This document shows, piece by piece, positions 61,363 to 64,000 of a stretch of 64,000 nt of DNA; the first letter of the stretch is position 1, and each line of letters opens with the position of its first letter. The notes beneath the pieces are model-generated. The model searched no databases. It was not told the DNA's origin and saw nothing but the letters and a program-made list of their open reading frames with translations. Location: contig MNCI01002155.1 in the NCBI GenBank assembly GCA_015680685.1, positions 249,770-313,769 on the forward strand. The letters run 5' to 3'. Origin of the DNA: Gnetum montanum. Lineage: Eukaryota > Plantae > Gnetophyta. The position numbers and the translations under genes are program-made.

Positions 61363-64000
61363 ATGACTCCTAAGAGACCCATAGCAAAAGAACCCTCATA
61401 GCAAAGAGAAAAAAGACCTAGAGGTAGAGGTCAATTTGGAGAATAGACATCACAAGCAAAGCAAGAGGCTCAATCCTTCAAAATCCGTTAGCAAACACCT
61501 ACAATTGAACACTCTGTATAAGCTAAGGCTGAAGCACCACTAGCTCCAAAACAAGAACAACACCTTATACTATCAATGAAATGTCTTTAGGCCATTTAGG
61601 AGAAATTAATCATGTCCATAGTTATCATGAAACTTAATTTTGAACCGTTCATGGAATTCACACCTGCCAACATTTGAGAATAGCTCCAAACCTCTTCTTT
61701 GTGGCTATCAATATCATGCAATGAAGAATATTACTTAAGAAAAGTGTACCAATTTTAGAAAAACAAGCAAGATGAAGCCACAGTAAAAATTGAAGGATTC
61801 ACACTGCCTTATTTAGTTCAGGCAATTGCAAAGGCACTCAATATTCCTAATGTCAAAGCAAACATTGCATAGATATCTACAAGATATGACACTAGGGCAA
61901 AGAAGTTATGGCTATAAAGGGTATATGAAAAAGTAGATAACGAATATAGTGAATTTTCTTTTGAGGAGAAAATACATTTCATGATAGGAACTTACCATAG
62001 TTTCCCCACTAAGAGGTTAAATAGAATTTCCACCTATGCTGCAAAAGGAAGCTTCATTCTCATGGGAAAATTCAATGCAAATATGGCTCACTTATTATTC
62101 TTAGAAATTCAAAGAAGATTTGAAGAAAAGAAGGCAAGTAAACTCACTTTTTCATTTCCTTACCTTATCAAAAAGTTATGCAAGTAAATAGGAATTCTAG
62201 GTTATACAAATGATTTCTTACGCAAGGTCCAAAATGCATTTTACACACAGATGTCCAAGCTAGTGCCTCCAAAGGAAGATCAAGTAGAGAAGCCATTAGG
62301 CACTAAGGGAGCAATGGGATCTACACCCACTAGAAATGTCTTAGCCATAGGACAAGAGCAAGTAGGATCCAATGGATCAACAGTGGCCAGTGATAGACTT
62401 GAATCAAGTGTTGCATTAGCACAATAGGACTACCAACCTTCCATGAGCCATTTGCAACAAATTGTTGAAATCATAAGGTAAGAAAATATGGAAGCTTTTG
62501 TAATATATAAAGTAAGAGACAATTCTATAAGGCCTAAAGTATCAATAAGAACTACTAGTGGTCAAATCTCATTGCAAATAGAAGAATATGAAGATTGGGC
62601 ACAACAAATCTTTGGGAACGCTGCATCTTTTCAGGTCATGCTAGAGATAGAAGAAGAATCCGTAGTTTTGGTAATGCAATACCAAGATGTAGTAGAAGCA
62701 ACAGAGGTGATCATAGATTACATTTAGAAGTCATTCAATGTTTGCATTATGCCACCAAAAAACATTATTAGAATCAAATATGTTGAAATAATAGCTAGTA
62801 CATCCATGACCCCACAAGAACAGGAAGACATCCTAGATTAGCTACTATACACAAGCCAAGTAATGCATAATCTCATTGGTATCCCCAATGATATTACTAC
62901 AATATATTCATATATGATTTCAACAAAGGATAAGCTAGTAATGGCTGAAATAAGAGCTAAACATGTAGAGAATGAAGTGTAGAGGTTGCAAGCTGAATTT
63001 GCATCCTTAAGAGAAGGAAAGAAAGGCCCTGCATAATACATAGCATCAAACTAGCTCAAGAAATTTAGAATCGAACAAGTGACCCAAGTCATAGCTAGAA
63101 ACATCCAAGTGAGGATGAAAAAGGAAAAGGCAACATTGAACACATCTGTGGAAAAAGCATAGATATATGCACATGCCAAAGCACTAATTGCCCTTGAAGA
63201 ACAAAACAAACAGATTACTATAGAAAATATAAGGTTGATAGATATAGAAGAGAAAAAGACTATTATTGAAGAAAGCATCCACCAATTAAGAGAACAATTT
63301 ACCAAAGTTAATCAAGATATGAGGAAATTGACCAAAGAAAATAAAACTCTATCAATGGAGGAAGTCTATGCAATTTATCAAAAGTCAAAAATTGAGATTA
63401 ATTAGTGTGTGACAAAACGAGGCTAAAAAACATGAAAGACTCAAGGAACACTTCAAGGAACAAGTGGGAATGTATAAGCATATCAATGAAAATAAAATCT
63501 AGATGGCCAAAGCCAAGGTCAGCACTAGCACCATTACTACACAAACACCTGATTGGCAGCCTATCCTAGATACCCTTGCTCATGTTCATCAAGGTAAAGT
63601 GAAAAATGAAAACTTGTATATTAAGGATCTAATAGAATACATGGGGTTAGAAAACCTTCATTATGCTAACTTAGCCATGTTAATAACAGGTAGGCCTAGA
63701 ATTGAATTGGAGTAGCAAGTGGTCACATTATATGCAATGTATGAGAAGGATTTTGCAAACAAGAAGAATGCATAACAAAAATTACATATTGCAAACTCTG
63801 AACTTAAACTAGTCAAAATGAGCTACCAAGATTAGAAAGATGTAGCAACAAACCTAGTCCATAGAATGACTAACAATCAAGAATTATGAAAAATGATCAA
63901 GTCACTTGAAGAAGAAAGATGGTAGTTTATAGCTTGATATGTAAAAGCAAAAAAGATGTTTCCATAGCTACCATGCCCATGGAAGGTACCAACTCTAACC
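61363..64000 (+). pseudogene. Element E ORF2, colinear homolog of D ORF2
   Basis: MTPKRP start; RISTYAAKGSFILMGKFNANMAHL...FSFPYLIKKLC; MAKAKVSTSTI...YMGLENLHYANLAMLITG matches D; many stops. Confidence 0.8.

Larger units (their letters stand above)
48645..64000 (+). mobile_element. Athila-like element E (gag plus ORF2, no PR/RT/RH/INT seen), contains nested D, runs off the right edge
   Basis: Putative 5' LTR 48645-49068 (TGATA...GCATCA, TATA ~48738). Gag at ~59170-59800 is homologous to B and D; the spacer and ORF2 are homologous to D. Confidence 0.7.

Overview
Land-plant-type heterochromatic DNA made almost entirely of nested, decayed retrotransposons, with strong C>T/G>A decay. No intact host gene is visible. 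In order: a young Gypsy-type LTR (1-2477) carrying an Athila-like solo LTR (633-1676); two nested Ty1/Copia remnants (2478-9984); a degraded L1-type LINE (~10.7-14.3 kb); Athila-like element A (14348-32185) with nested element B (22964-30324); Tat/Ogre-like element C (32188-44969); a small non-LTR island with a candidate orphan exon, two Au-like SINEs and a Ulp1/C48 protease pseudogene; and Athila-like element E (from ~48645 past the window end) with complete nested element D (49500-58113). None of the five Gypsy elements shows RT/RNaseH/integrase. A, D and E instead carry a long second ORF. In each of the three, that ORF is preceded by an internal TATA promoter carrying the same family-specific palindrome as the element's own LTR U3, and by conserved hairpin motifs with compensatory changes. 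All calls come from reading and translating by eye; boundaries of decayed elements are approximate.
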